Source of the DNA: Parasitella parasitica NRRL 2501
Lineage: Eukaryota; Fungi; Mucoromycota
NCBI GenBank assembly: GCA_025201805.1
Contig: MU619342.1
Location: 1 to 64,000, forward strand
Reading direction: 5' to 3'
DNA: 64,000 nucleotides
Below are positions 1-12,885 of the stretch, piece after piece (position 1 is the first letter of the stretch; every line of letters starts with the position of its first letter). The notes beneath the pieces were generated by a model that worked only from the letters and a program-made list of their open reading frames with translations, was not told the DNA's origin and searched no databases. The position numbers were made by a program, and so were the translations under genes.

Positions 1-1004
1 GGTAATTCTGACGAAATTGAATTTGAGATTTCACGAAATAAAAATTTAATCGGCGGAATTGTCCTCAAAATACAGTATCTATACGTGTGACTGTTTTAAG
101 AGTAATAGTCACATGCACGATATAAGGCTATGTTCGATATAAGGCTAAAAAAAGCTTGCAAAAAAAGTAGCCTTAAATCGAGCGGCTACTGTACTTTTCC
201 TGAAAGGGATCTTTTCTCAATTGGTAAGTCTACAAAGCTTGGAAGCATCATCAAACTTTATTCGCCAATTAGTAGCCATTTCTTCATGTTGGGGATGGGG
301 GCCCGTGGGATTGGTATAAAAAATTAAAATAATAGGCTTTATTATCAAATCAGCAGCAGAAAGACAAAGCAAATGCCACATTATACGAGGAGCTGGAAGT
401 TACCGATTATCAAGTGCCTCAAACAGCAAAATAAATACAGAGAATATACCACAACATGCGATGACACAAACTGAAGACTATGTAGCATGATCTTGATATT
501 TATTCAATCTTTATCAATGTTATATCGACTGGTGAACTTCTCTCGGAAATGCAAGTTTTTGATGATGGTGAACTAAGTTTTATCACTCTATCTGCGCCAA
601 ACTAGCCCATCTGGCAACCGTCTAGAGTCTTTGCTGCCAAAACCCATTTTGACAGCTACTAGTCTCGCAACAGAAAAGATCTTGGTCAAAAAGGATATCA
701 TAACGCAGAGAGTATGCCATAGTACCTAGACGCAAAATGGCTACAAGACTTTAAAGAATGGATAAAGAACTAATCCCTGCTTTTTAAGCAAAGGGCAATT
801 TAGCCCATCTGAAAAGTCGATGTAGCAACACTCCAACGCCGTAATATCCAAAGCTACAAACATAATATGTTAAATACTGTTGTCAAATTAACACAGTTTG
901 AAGTATCAATTTACTTTGGAGTATTTGATTATCAGGACGCAAGCTTGATTCGATGAACCTTCAAAATTCAATGTTGGCCACTTCTGACACCTTTGCAATT
1001 TTTT

Positions 1005-1449
1005 TTACAGAAGATAGAATGAGGGAGAAAGGTAGCGCGTCTTACGTCCAGCTTTTTTTACTTGCGAGCTATACTTGATAACGAAAATGTTGTTAGGCCT
1101 ACTTGCTAATGATAAAAGAACCCGCAATACTTGGAAACATGCTTCGGAATATCTTTCCAACAAAACTCTAACCAAGTGGTAATGGTTGAAGATACGCTCC
1201 CACCGAGTACTTCCTTTTTGGCTATTGCCGACAATTGGATTAATAGAAATAAATAACATGATTTACATAGTTGCTTATCTTCAGAAGGCAGAACTTTTTT
1301 GCCTCTACCATTACCAGTTTTCTCCTTTTCTTTGCCTTCTCTGCTAGAAGAGGAGGCAGGCAAGAATGGGTAATTTAATTTCCTAACCTGAAATCAAGCG
1401 CCCTGATTCTTGTAAATCATCATTTAAATTGCTGTATTCGATTGACATG
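1005..1449 (-). pseudogene. Degenerate Myb/SANT-like (NAM-associated, GST-T3-like) protein of the kind encoded as the accessory ORF of PIF/Harbinger transposons
   Basis: Joining ORFs 1106..1363 and 1005..1259 across a 1-nt frameshift near 1258 gives RGKKVLPSEDKQLCKS(W)LFISINPIVGNSQKGSTRWERIFNHY. This matches the family pattern RGxxFxxxEDxxLCxxWLxISxDPIVGNxQKxxxFWxRI. Confidence 0.65.
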
Positions 1450-1562
1450 TTGATATAAATATTGGTTCAAAAGTAGTTAAGGGTGATGATACAAATCAGG
1501 AACCAAGACAAATTTCAACAAAAATTTACATGATGGCCAAATTTAGCTTCTAGGTGACCTTA

Positions 1563-3120
1563 CAGTGCCTCCGGTGCCAAATTGCGCTTTTGGCAATCTC
1601 AATTTGCGTTAACAATAAACATGAGAAGTATAAAGCTCGATATGGCTTATTAACAAAGTAGACATTTATCGAACATGTTAACAGAATGTAGACTAATGTC
1701 TCTGACTGTCGATGTTGCAAATATTTTTGGTAGATATATATCGTGTTCAAATGTCGACTGGTGTACACTTCATTGCTCCAACGAAATAGTGTTTCTGTTC
1801 TATGAGGATGGCTATCTTCTCCATTCCAAATACACCACAGAATCTGATGCTTTTAAAATCTCCAAGATCCAAGAACTCCCACATGCCCACTACCTTCAGA
1901 CCCTCCAGTTCTCTCCCATTTTCTCTTTAAGTTCCCCATTCTCTAATTTTGATTGAATCCCTTATATCTTGAAGTCTAGGTTAATTGCGAGATTAGTAGA
2001 CGGCGGACTTTTCAACAGTGGTTTGATCCACAGGCTTCGACTTTTCATACAGATCAGTAAACATCTAACATTGTAGAGCTTGAAAAGCCAAACCAACAGT
2101 AAACGGTCGTTGATCAGCCGTATAATTCTGGTAAGTAGGAAGACCATTACAAAAGAAAGGAAGATATTTCAAATGTCGGTTTTTTATTCAAGTGTTTGAT
2201 TAATTAAGCCCGCAAACATTGGGCGCTTCAACTGGAGACCAACAATGCTTTTCTGGCTGATGGATAGAACGGTAACAGCTTGGCCTTGATACTTCTAAAT
2301 GTAAAGTGTTATATGTGTACAATCTACGTTCCAAATATGATCTACTCTTGATCCATGCATTAAATATAAATATCACTTTACTTTCCTTCCTGCGAAAAAA
2401 CTTCAGTTCTTTTGTCTAGTAAATAAAGCTATAACAAAATAACTCAAAACTAATAAATCTTAAGCTTGTAATACCTTCTATACAATAAAATAGCATCCTT
2501 TCGAGTAACAGACTCGGAATACATCCTTGGTCATATTTCAACTTTAAAGAGACCCTCTCTCTGTTGAATTACTATTGCCTTACTTCAATTTTTAGCATTT
2601 GTGTTGATTTACTCTTTTTACTATTACCTTTTACGTCAACTATACAACTGTACCTTTTATGGTAATTTTACTAGTTATCATAATAATTGATTAGCTACAA
2701 GTAATCTGGCCTCTTTATTTCATTTCATTTCAGTTCTAACACTACTTGATCTAACATTTGATCAGAACGTCTCATCTTATTACCGCACTACGCAACATTT
2801 GTTCGTTTTCAATTTGCGGTTATTTGTTAAAGCGTGAATCAATAGCCACTTTTTAAAGATACAGACCGAGTTGTGAGGAGTTTAGTTTTTTATTTGTAAG
2901 GTAAACTAGAAAATGCGTATGGGCTAATTATATTGAATGCATTGTAATTCAATTTGGAAAACCTTCTTATTTAATCTATCTGATCACTCGCTTGAGGTTT
3001 TCATTTACATTTCCTTCATTATTCCCTCTACTTTTCCCCCATTATTGCCAAAAGCGCTAATTGGGATGTTCAAAAGCGCATTGTATTTTCAAAAAGCGCA
3101 ATTTGGCAGCGGAGGCAATG
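1563..3120. mobile_element. Non-autonomous Tc1/mariner-type DNA transposon with 29-bp TIRs and TA TSD
   Basis: Left end TA|CAGTGCCTCCGGTGCCAAATTGCGCTTTT (1563-1591). Right end AAAAGCGCAATTTGGCAGCGGAGGCAATG|TA (3092-3120). The two are 27/29 complementary. Extra AAAAGCGC sub-terminal copies at ~3050 and ~3072. No intact transposase inside. Confidence 0.8.
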
Positions 3121-3268
3121 TATTTTACCTTTTGCTGAATATGGCGCCCTGTTTACCTGGTCCGTTGTAGGCCGTCTTTATTCATTTGGAGGTGTCTTGT
3201 AAAATTAGCATCTCCGTTAAGAGTGCTCTTAACAGTGCTATTATTCTCTTCTTTTACAAACCTCAAAG

Positions 3269-5602
3269 ATGAAAACAAGAAAGAACTCCTTTATGGTTAG
3301 AAACTCAACGTCCAAATATTTAAATCACAGAAAAGTTGAAATCGTTTGTTCAGGGACGCCGAAACTTGGTTACAGCAAAATTACAGAAATGAGAATGGTT
3401 TACCTCAATTTTTAAAGAAGGCGCTTACACCTTCAAAATGAAAGCAGTTGCGGAGGAGGACTACTTATTTGCAGTAGATCAAGCTTCAAAAGACCACGAT
3501 GATTCGGACTATCATTCATGGGCAAAAAATATGCAGTTGAATGAATATCGGGTTGACTACCTCAAAGAATATGCTTGAATCTTGCTTTTCATGTTAAATT
3601 TCGTTTAATTACTGGACCTTATACATTGCAACTTCTAATGAATATTGGCGATGGCTAGCCGAGAAGGAACAAAAAGATGCAAGTAGAGACAAAGCTGCCA
3701 GTATAAGTATTAGCCCAAGTGTCTCACTATCAAAAATTCAATCAAGAAGCCTAAAAGCAATGTAAAGAGAGATTATTATTTATCAGTCAATAATCGTTCT
3801 TACATTTTATCTTTCTTTATAGTATGTATCCAAAGATGCTCTATTTATTGACGGATACAAAGAATCTTTTGGGACCATTGTCGGACGATATGTAAGAAGC
3901 TACGTATCCAAAGACAGTAAAAGCAGCTACTTCAAGACGTAAGTGTTTTGATATACGAAATAGATATACAATTAAAACTGGATATATTTATTTGTATATA
4001 AAAGTAAGATGATTCTTCTATACACAACATTTACCTAGACTATTTATACTTTTCGAGTGCTGACATCGGTTACATGCTTGTGGAATCGAGGCTTAATAAA
4101 CTTGCACCAGATAGAACCACTTACTAGTCATGTGTTGCTAGTACAAGTAATCATAAACCAATTATTTGCAGAAGGAGACAGGAAGGATAGTGGTCTTGAG
4201 AAAGAGTATAATCGCCTTGTGGTATAAATGATTTCTAATGAGTGTAATCATGGTATAATACTTTTGCATAATTGCGAGAATACCCTAGTTGGATCTCAGG
4301 CACAACACCAACCCAACAACCCACCTCGCTCAGCCCTTACATCCTAAACAGTAAGAATTGTTTTCTTAGTAAAAAATTTCACTTGCTGATACGATTAGTT
4401 TAAAGATTAGGCATGAACAACATTATGGACATCTCCGATGACACAGAAGGTTCACACCTTGCAGAGCTTGCTGGAAAAAGCCAAAGATACCTTTTAGATG
4501 TATTGAGTAGCAGCCCAACAAGACAAGAATTCGACCAGTATAACTGTCTTGATTGGGAACGTATCATTAAAAAAGTGATTAGTCTGCATTATATGAAATG
4601 ATGCGTTACACTTAATCTATTTTTAGTTCGACAAGGTACAAGATAATAATATATTCTTGGATAAGGTCATCAAAGAGGTAGACGAGGCACCAACAGCAGA
4701 TAAAGTAGTGAAGAGAGTTTACTCCCAAATGTAAGCTGTTTTATATTCATAACTAGATTTTTATCTACTAATTCTTAACGCAGTCTCGAGTCTATGCGAT
4801 ATGACAGCTACTTGTATGAAACTGAGGACGGAATCAGTGAGGCCGACTTTATAATCAAGATTTATGGCCCCATAATGGAGAGCATTTTCCGCGGGAGTGG
4901 ATGTCGATTGATCTTGTATGTTTTCTTTTTCTCCAAATAATTCTTATTTTACTTATTCACTCTGATAGGGGAGATACCAAGAGTCCTTTTTGTTTAAAGC
5001 GATCAAACGAATCAAAACTCGATCTGAGGATAATATCACTATACACAAAAACCGCAGATCTTGCTCTATCCGAGTTTGCAAAGAAAGCGGCACCATAGAA
5101 ATATTATTATGACAAGAAGAAGGCAGTAATTGTAAACTTGATACACCTGAAGGAGCATATCAAAAATGGCTACCTGAAGCTGGAGGAGGCTAAAAGTTTT
5201 ATGGTCCCATTTGTCTTATTTGAAGGATTGGAATCGGATATCTATACAATCAGACCCATCTCAGAAGATTGGACTGTAGTGGAAAAGCTGAAAGACATTG
5301 ACTTACCCTCTTGCACACAAGAAGTGAAGAACGGCAAAATTGAAAATTATGTTCAAAATCTGAAAGCTTTCAAGGTTTGTATATTCGCTAGATGTATTTC
5401 TTGTTGTGGATTGACTAAAACCCTTACAACTTAGGACATGTGTCTCGCACTCAAAAATAAATCACAAATGAACAGACAAACTACAAGAGGCATGCGCAGC
5501 ATAAACAAGAAACAGCCCATAGTCCAAAAGCTGCTGCAAAAAACTATTTGGGTTGATCCATTCACTGACACTAGCGAGGAGGAAGAAGGTGACGATCAAT
5601 GA
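3269..5602 (+). pseudogene. Multi-exon Mucorales-family protein with a C-terminal PD-(D/E)xK (REase-fold) nuclease-like domain; pseudogene
   Basis: Spliced 3' exons read SEADFIIKIYGPIMESIF...GDT...KLDLRII...DLALSEFAKKAAP*KYYYDKKK...VPFVLFEGL. In-frame TAG at 5096-5098; last exon 5435-5602. The 5' part is degraded, so the start is approximate. Confidence 0.6.
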
Positions 5603-6274
5603 TTATTCTTTCGTGGATATAGTCTTCTGGCTTCTCTGATCCATTTAATACGTGTTATACCAGTATAACGCTCCTTTTGACATTTACAAAATTATGCGCT
5701 TGCGAAAAAAAAAAGTTCTTAAAACCACATGTGTTTACCATATACACACATTACAGAAGATAAAGCTATCAATAAAAAAAAAATTCACATTTTTACAATA
5801 TTGCGCATTAAAAAACGATACCTTTTCCACTGGGCTTTGGAATGTTTAGAGATTTTTTATGTTATTGCGAACAATTATCTCAATTAACAATACCAACATT
5901 TATTCTCATATTGCCTGTGGTACCAAGCAAGTACATTGTGAGATATATGCTTAGATATGCGCGATTTAATTTCATTTTTCATTTCTTATAGTGTCAGGAT
6001 TACAATCCCCAAACTTCAATAATTTACTATAACGGCAACAGCCTTATCACATTATCCTCTGGAAGATTTAGTCTACACTGAATTTTTTATTTTATTTATA
6101 TAAACACGTTCAATGATAAAGCTACAAAAGAAAAGATACATAAAGAAAGTTGATTAGATTGAAAGATCGACATGATGAAAGTTGTAATTAAACTAATATA
6201 TCAAGTTGTTTAGTAAGACTTCAAGTAGCCTCATTAAGTTTCAATATGAGCTTCTTTCTTTTTTTTCTTTTTTT

Positions 6275-6330
<56 letters not shown>

Positions 6331-7069
6331 CAAGTTCGTGGATAATACTTCCAATTTTTAGCCGTCTACTTTCATCTCCATCTTCCCTTAAAAATTATAA
6401 AAACTTGCGAGCATTTCAGCAACATCCAGGTAGATGCACTTATTGAGCAGGTGTTTGGAGAGCCATTTTATTATCAATTACATGCTTTTGTGTAATGAGC
6501 TGTTTGATTCTAATATCATCAGAACCTGCGACACATTTTTTCGAAAATTAGTCCTGTACATATTGTAAACTACGAGTTTCTCTGAAATGAAATCACATAT
6601 TCAGCAAATCACAACGTCGCATAACAGCATCTGATTTTTTATAGTTTAAAAAAACTCATCAAAGATTTAATGAGGCGACTTATATCTTACCCATTTGAAA
6701 CAAAATAAGACATACATTATACGGTAGACATCATTCGATTAATGTAAGACAGGCCAGTGAAGATGATTATTGGCTTAATACTTAAGTTTCCACATTTAAA
6801 ATCTCTCATTCTATGCTCTTGAACAGTCGAAACGATTGAAAAAAGATGGAAGAAATAAAGAAAAAACAGAATGAGATTCACTACATAATAAATTACATTC
6901 AACGTATAGTAGATTGCAGTAAATGAAAATTGTTGCTGTATGCTATTGAGTTTTAGTTTCAACAAATGGCTATCCCGACTTTATTGGGTGTCAAATATCG
7001 TGGATCTATTCTCTTTAAAATAGCTATGCCCAACGCTTTGTTTCTATTCTTCTTTTGTCAATCTCGAAA

Positions 7070-8886
7070 ATGGTGCAATTAGCTGATGATCCTTTTGAGC
7101 TTTTGGCTCCCTTCATCTGTGTTGGCTCGTTTTTGCTGATGCTTTTGGGTCCCATTTTTTTACCTCGTTTTTGGATCATTTGCTTGTCAGGATACTTTAT
7201 CATTTTCTTGGCCACACAATTCAATCATCTAGCAAAATTTTATACGACCGCACAAAGTATAAAAAAAACAATCAATGAATACAATGCTGAAAAAAGGAAG
7301 CAAGGCGAAAAACTTGGGTACTTGGTTACAGACACTGATTTAACAGAAATGGAATCCTCTCTTGTGAATGCCTATAACAGCGACTTTTTGGTGCATGCTT
7401 TTGTCGTACCTAATTATGCCGAACCAGAAGCATTAATAAGAGATACCATCAGCCGTATTGCGATTCACAAGTAAGTCTTCTTTAGGAATAAGAATAAAAG
7501 AAAAGAATTGAGAGTTGACATTATGTTAATAATATAGAAAAGCACGCACAAATTATGTTATCATTCTTGCAATGGAAACATCTGAAATTCATCATAGAGC
7601 GAAATCCGAAAATCTGAGGGAACATTTCAAGGATGATTTCCTGCAGTTTATCATTACTAACCATCCTTCAGATCTCCCTGGTGAAGCTAGAGGAAAAGGA
7701 TCCAACATTAGTTATGGCGCTCGTAAAGGTACAGCTGAAATGATTGCAAATGGTATCGACAATAATAGAATTATCATTACTATTTGTGATTCTGACTCTC
7801 ATATTCCTGATTTATATGTATCCGAGGTATACAATTTTCTGTTAAACGGCAGCGGATTCTTTTTCTAATAGTATGTTTATAAATGTATAGGTTGAAAAGG
7901 CGTTCAATCGTTCAGTGGATCCCTATAACAGACTATTTGCACCACCCATCTTTTTTGGGCGCAATTGCTTTGAAGTACCAGCTGCTGTCAGAGTAACAGA
8001 TATCACCTGGTCGTCTATGATTTTAGCCAATTTGAGCAGTAGTAGAGGTATTGGATTCCCATGTTCTACCTATAGTATCAGTTGGAAACTGGCCGATCAT
8101 GTTGCTTTTTGGGATACGGATGCTGATGCCGTTGGAGAAGATATGCATATGATGTTGAAATGTCTCTTCAAGACTCAAGGACAAGCTCGAATGACTCCAA
8201 TTTTTGTGCCCATAAACCTTACCAATGTGGAAACAGTGGGGTATATAGAAACTCTCAAAGCACGTTTTGTCCAAGCAAAACGTCATTACAACGGTGTTGC
8301 TGATGTTGCATACACCTTACGAAGTGCCTTGAACTTGCCTACGTTTTGTGTGGATGCCAATGGAGTTGGTGGTTCTCCAGCTTCAAACCCCAAGACAAAG
8401 CTGGACGAAAATTTGTGTGCCACTTTCTGGTTTGACAAAGCCATCATCGCGCTCAAGGTACTAGAAACTCATTTTGTGCCGGTAACATCTGGCTGGCTTA
8501 TGTTCTTTGCTGTACCGTTGATGCAGTTTGCTTTCTATCCTCCTCAAGGCTATGGACCTTATCTTGATCCTAGTATGAACCCTGTTTTGGTTTCAAACCT
8601 CTATTCAAGAGTTTGGAGAGTATTGAAAATTACAACCTTATTCTTGCCGTTCCCCTTGTTTGGTACACTTGCCATTTATGAGAGTCTACATCGGTTTATA
8701 GACATTGAGTTGTTTAAAAAGACAAGGCAGGAAACTCGAACATGGAAGAACTATTTTGACTACATTAGTATGCCCATTGCCGCTTGGATGTTTATGACGT
8801 TACCATCAAATATTGCTTCATGTAAACGTTTATTTAAAGCAAGAGATCAATATATTGTAGCAGAGAAAGCTGTTGTCGAAAAATAA
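7070..8886 (+). CDS. Membrane-embedded family 2 glycosyltransferase (exons 7070-7470, 7538-7826, 7891-8886)
   Basis: Motifs PNYAE, GEARGKGSN, DSD, GEDMH and QAKRH (a D,D,D,QxxRW-like set). N- and C-terminal TM helices. GT-AG introns join three ORFs in frame. Confidence 0.85.
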
Positions 8887-9632
8887 GAGTACCTGTACAT
8901 ATTATATACTGATAAAAAAGGGGTCTGTGTTCACTGTCAAAAAATAAAGAAGATACCTATTTCAAGCATAAAATCGTTAGTCAAAAACGATGTACAACAT
9001 CAAACTAACTCTGCTAGAAGCATTTGATTTGTGCTGTCTTGAAAATTCAATGCTTCCAGTTTTCATAACTTATACTGGTATGTTTTGCCATATGAAACCA
9101 ATTTTCGTGTGGTTGAGCTCCTGTTTTCAAACTTGCCATTATCCAGTAATGATTTAATTTTTCCAGCCATCGAAAGAGCATAAAAAAGTTTCATGAAAGC
9201 GAGCTCAACGCCTTCAAATCTAAGGTCTCAACCCCCTTTTGATAAGCTAGTAAATAATATATTATTTTAGAAAGGTTTAAAATTGTTTTCATTTGTGAAC
9301 ACCTCTTTCATTATCCATAAAACAAAATCAAGGAGTTGCCGCTATTGCCGATATTCGCTGTTGCCAATGTTATGATTCCGAGCAAGAGTTAGCATGTTAA
9401 TAACAGAGTTAACAATAAACCTGAGCTATGAATAATAACTCAGGTTTTGCTATATATATACTATTAGACGTACTTTCTATTCGCTTAGAGGTCATAAAAC
9501 TACTAATGAAACATAGTATACTGTATCTTATTACTTAGAATCAGGAAAATATATCATTGGGCAATCCTTGTTATTTATTAGTTTTACGTAATTTAAAAAG
9601 CCTTTTTTTTTTTTTGTTGAAAAAAGATAGGT

Positions 9633-9842
9633 GTGTTGCTATCTGCAAGGTCAAAAATAAGAAAAGTATAAAATAAACGTTGTTATATATCAACGAGATG
9701 TGAAAACTTGAGATAAGCTTTTTTATTAAATGTTCAACTTTGCATAGTACATAAATTTTTGGTGACATATTTAAAACACTAATCAATAAGAAACTAATTT
9801 TCCAGTAACAGCATCCTTGGCAGGGTGCGATGTATTATTATA
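9633..9842 (+). repeat. Diverged direct repeat, copy 1
   Basis: Collinear similarity to 11712-11942 (atctgcaag...gaaaagtata...ttcaactttgcat...ggtgac...cagggt.cgatgtattattata). Confidence 0.8.
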
Positions 9843-9949
9843 TTTTTGCTGAAATTTGTATCTTCATCGCTTATTAGTTTCTAAAGATACAGTAGCAGTA
9901 ATTGCAAATTTTGCGATTAAGCGTGGAAAAGGGTTACAGTATATCTTTT

Positions 9950-11363
9950 GATTTTGGTGGTATGTACTTTATACAAAAATGGTTTTAGAGTTCGTGTTAT
10001 GCAGTATCCCGGCTATGGATTCATATTGAGACATCATACCCAAGTTACCTATTTGAGGAGTCATGTTTTCAGCAACAAAATAGGCTGTAGATTTAATCTC
10101 AGCAGTTTGTGTCCATTTGACCAAAAACTAGATTCTCAAAAATCTTGCATAGTTCGTTACTGGATATCTCAAGAATGTAATAGGTATATCGGATGTACGT
10201 ACTAAGTGTTTTATAACAAAAAATAAATTCTGCATCCAACCGTATAAATTACATGGATAAAAAAACACTTTTTCTTAATACCGATTTTCAAATATTCAAA
10301 AAACGGCATTTTTGATAGTTTTTGAGTAAAATCAAGTATATTTTGAGCACTTTCAACCCCATAAACTTGACCAAACAAACCATCATGTCAATACGTACAC
10401 ATCAATATCTTGTTCACAACTGTGGCTTTATTTTTTCTGTCAAAAATCTAAATCTTGTCTCGACCAAAATAACTTTACGATTTTCCGGTCCTATACTTAG
10501 AGGGCCAAAATGAAGCCATTCAAAAGGGTAAAAATCAATACCGTTTTTCGAGGTTTTCTCGCTCCAAAATTGATAATTTTCGACCAAACAAAAACCTTTC
10601 GGTAGCTATGTTGTAGCTCTATTTTTTTATTGCTATATCATATGTCTTTATACAACATTTATTGCTCTGAAAGTTATGAACATAAATTTAGCGTCTGCTA
10701 AAAACATATGAGAAAATATTTTTTTCTACCTATTCATTTAAAAACTAATACATCTAGTAGAGAATCAAGTTTCAAAAAGATTTTAATAATACCTCAATCC
10801 AAAGTGTCTTAGTGATTTGTTGAGAAATTGGAGAACAAAGTTTAACGTAAAAAGTCAAAATTGGCTCAAGCTTTTCAAATTCGAGCTTAAATACAACATT
10901 TTTAAAACTAGTAGGTGTAAAAAAACCTGCTTTATTACTTTACTTAAAAACTTGAACTTGGTTTAGTTGCAAAATATGGTACTTGTAATAAGAACATATG
11001 CTGTAAAATCTGCTAAATCTGCAAAAAAATTTAGCTTTGGCAATATCTCGACAGCAAAAATAGATATCGAGAATTGAAAGACGTAGCCATGTACAGTTAT
11101 CATACTATTATTAGTCTTTATTCTTAGTTTGGACCTCAAATCCGTACCTGAAAATGACCCTGAAGGTCGACTCAAAGTCGAAAATTGAAAATCAAATCTG
11201 AGGTTAGGGGTCCAAACATAGCAAAATCTGAAATATGATCAGAGATGCATGAAACTCGAATATGTTGTATAATTGTGCAAAAAAAGAAGATTTTGGCTGA
11301 AGGTTGTGTCTCTATCACTTAATAGTGTGTAAAGATATCAGAAATTGCATCATAGGCCTTTAA
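9950..11363. mobile_element. Probable truncated non-autonomous DNA transposon/MITE remnant
   Basis: Non-coding, with quasi-palindromic blocks (e.g. atatctcgacag...gatatcgag near 11043-11070). Ends ...gcatcataggcct|TTAA at 11359/11360-11363. No matching left TIR found. Confidence 0.3.
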
Positions 11364-11711
11364 GCGGGGGAAAAGGCGGTATTTATGATTAAGGGGCATT
11401 TATTTAACCAAGTCATGAAGCTACACATAAAAATAGCTTCTGAAGTCATATTTCACAGCATCTTGCTATTGATTCATATCAAGACATAACCATATTGCTT
11501 ATGGAGTTCATGTTTTGCTCCTCAATTGAAATAGGTGCTTCACTGCTGATGTATCAATTCTAAAACCGGATGTCAATATAATATAAACTCATTACTGAAT
11601 AGTAAAACATCAGATCATAAAATAATATGACATGACATTTGGGATAGATACAATCTACCCTATCTTTCGGATCTCATCACTAAAACCTTTATCCTCACAT
11701 CGCTTCTCTCA

Positions 11712-11942
11712 GTGTTGAGATCTGCAAGATCGAAATAAGAAAAGTATAATATAAAACGTTGAATTAACGAGATACGAAAGCTTGAGATTACTTTATTAAA
11801 GATTCAACTTTGCATCTGCTATTTATACTTTTTACAACAACATAAATTTTGGTGACTTATTTAAAATACTAGTCGATACTAATCGATAAGAATAATTTGC
11901 AAGCAACATCATATCCTTAACAGGGTACGATGTATTATTATA
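11712..11942 (+). repeat. Diverged direct repeat, copy 2
   Basis: Matches 9633-9842 with small indels. Confidence 0.8.
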
Positions 11943-12885
11943 CTACAAGGTTATTGATCTTGATCTGACAGTACCTTATTGTTGTCAATCATACAGATCT
12001 GTGTTACAGACAGCCTTCCTGATTTGAAACAAAGACTTTATTCTCCTGTTTCGACAAGTATAACAACACATCATTGGACAATCTCCAATCTTTAATTGAA
12101 GCACACTATCATGATCTCCTAACCTACATTATGACAGATCAGAAAGTAATGAAGACTTAATTTACCAGATACAAAACTATTGATTTATTGATTGACAATG
12201 TGAGCTCTCTACTTGTATTAGAATAAATCTTAATCAATATTTAAAACACAATCAGATCATGTTTGACATTTAATTGTCAAACAAAGTAGTAGTTAGAGCA
12301 AGACCTATTTTCTGTATTTCATCAGCTTAAATTATGAATGTGAATCATTCATCGATAAGTTGAGCCTCGCAATTTAGGTTAAGTAGAATCCAATAGATGG
12401 TTTCTTATACAAGACATTCCATTGATTGATTCGATTTACTAGATAGAATAATCGATGACATTTAACCGTAGATCCGATCAGGAAGGGTTGCCATGACAAC
12501 TAAGTTGATAATAGTAACTATAGTATTCTATGGATACAACTATCTGGTACAAGATGGCATCTTTGTAGTGATAAAGTCATGTGTCTGATAAAATTACCGT
12601 ATCACTCATCGTTAAAATAAAATTTGGAAATTTAGAAGAAAAGTGAGTGAATAATACTAATAACAGAGTGAAAGATACTGAATATTTGCAATTGAGACAG
12701 TAAAATTAAGTCATGGCTTGCCACCATCTCGTCTTGAGCATAATTCGATTCAAGCCGGTAATCTCGTTTAATGCTAGAGCCCTGAAGTTGGAAATCACGT
12801 ATTAACCCTCACATTTTCGATTTATTCTATTAAACAAAATACATAACAATCACTATTTTTCGCATTTAATCTTGTTAATAATAAC

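Noticed and set aside
350-1020. Long coding-looking + strand frame with many TAG/TAA stops, suggesting RIP-like C-to-T decay or stop-codon reassignment
   Set aside because: Stop density is about what random AT-rich DNA gives, no protein motif is recognisable, and intact genes in the window use TAG/TAA as normal stops.
6246-6446. Poly-Phe ORF (and similar ones at 30316-30544)
   Set aside because: Translations of long poly-T/poly-A tracts.
8990-9430. Coding-like fragments on the - strand downstream of the GT2 gene
   Set aside because: Interrupted by stops and no family recognised; not supportable as a feature.
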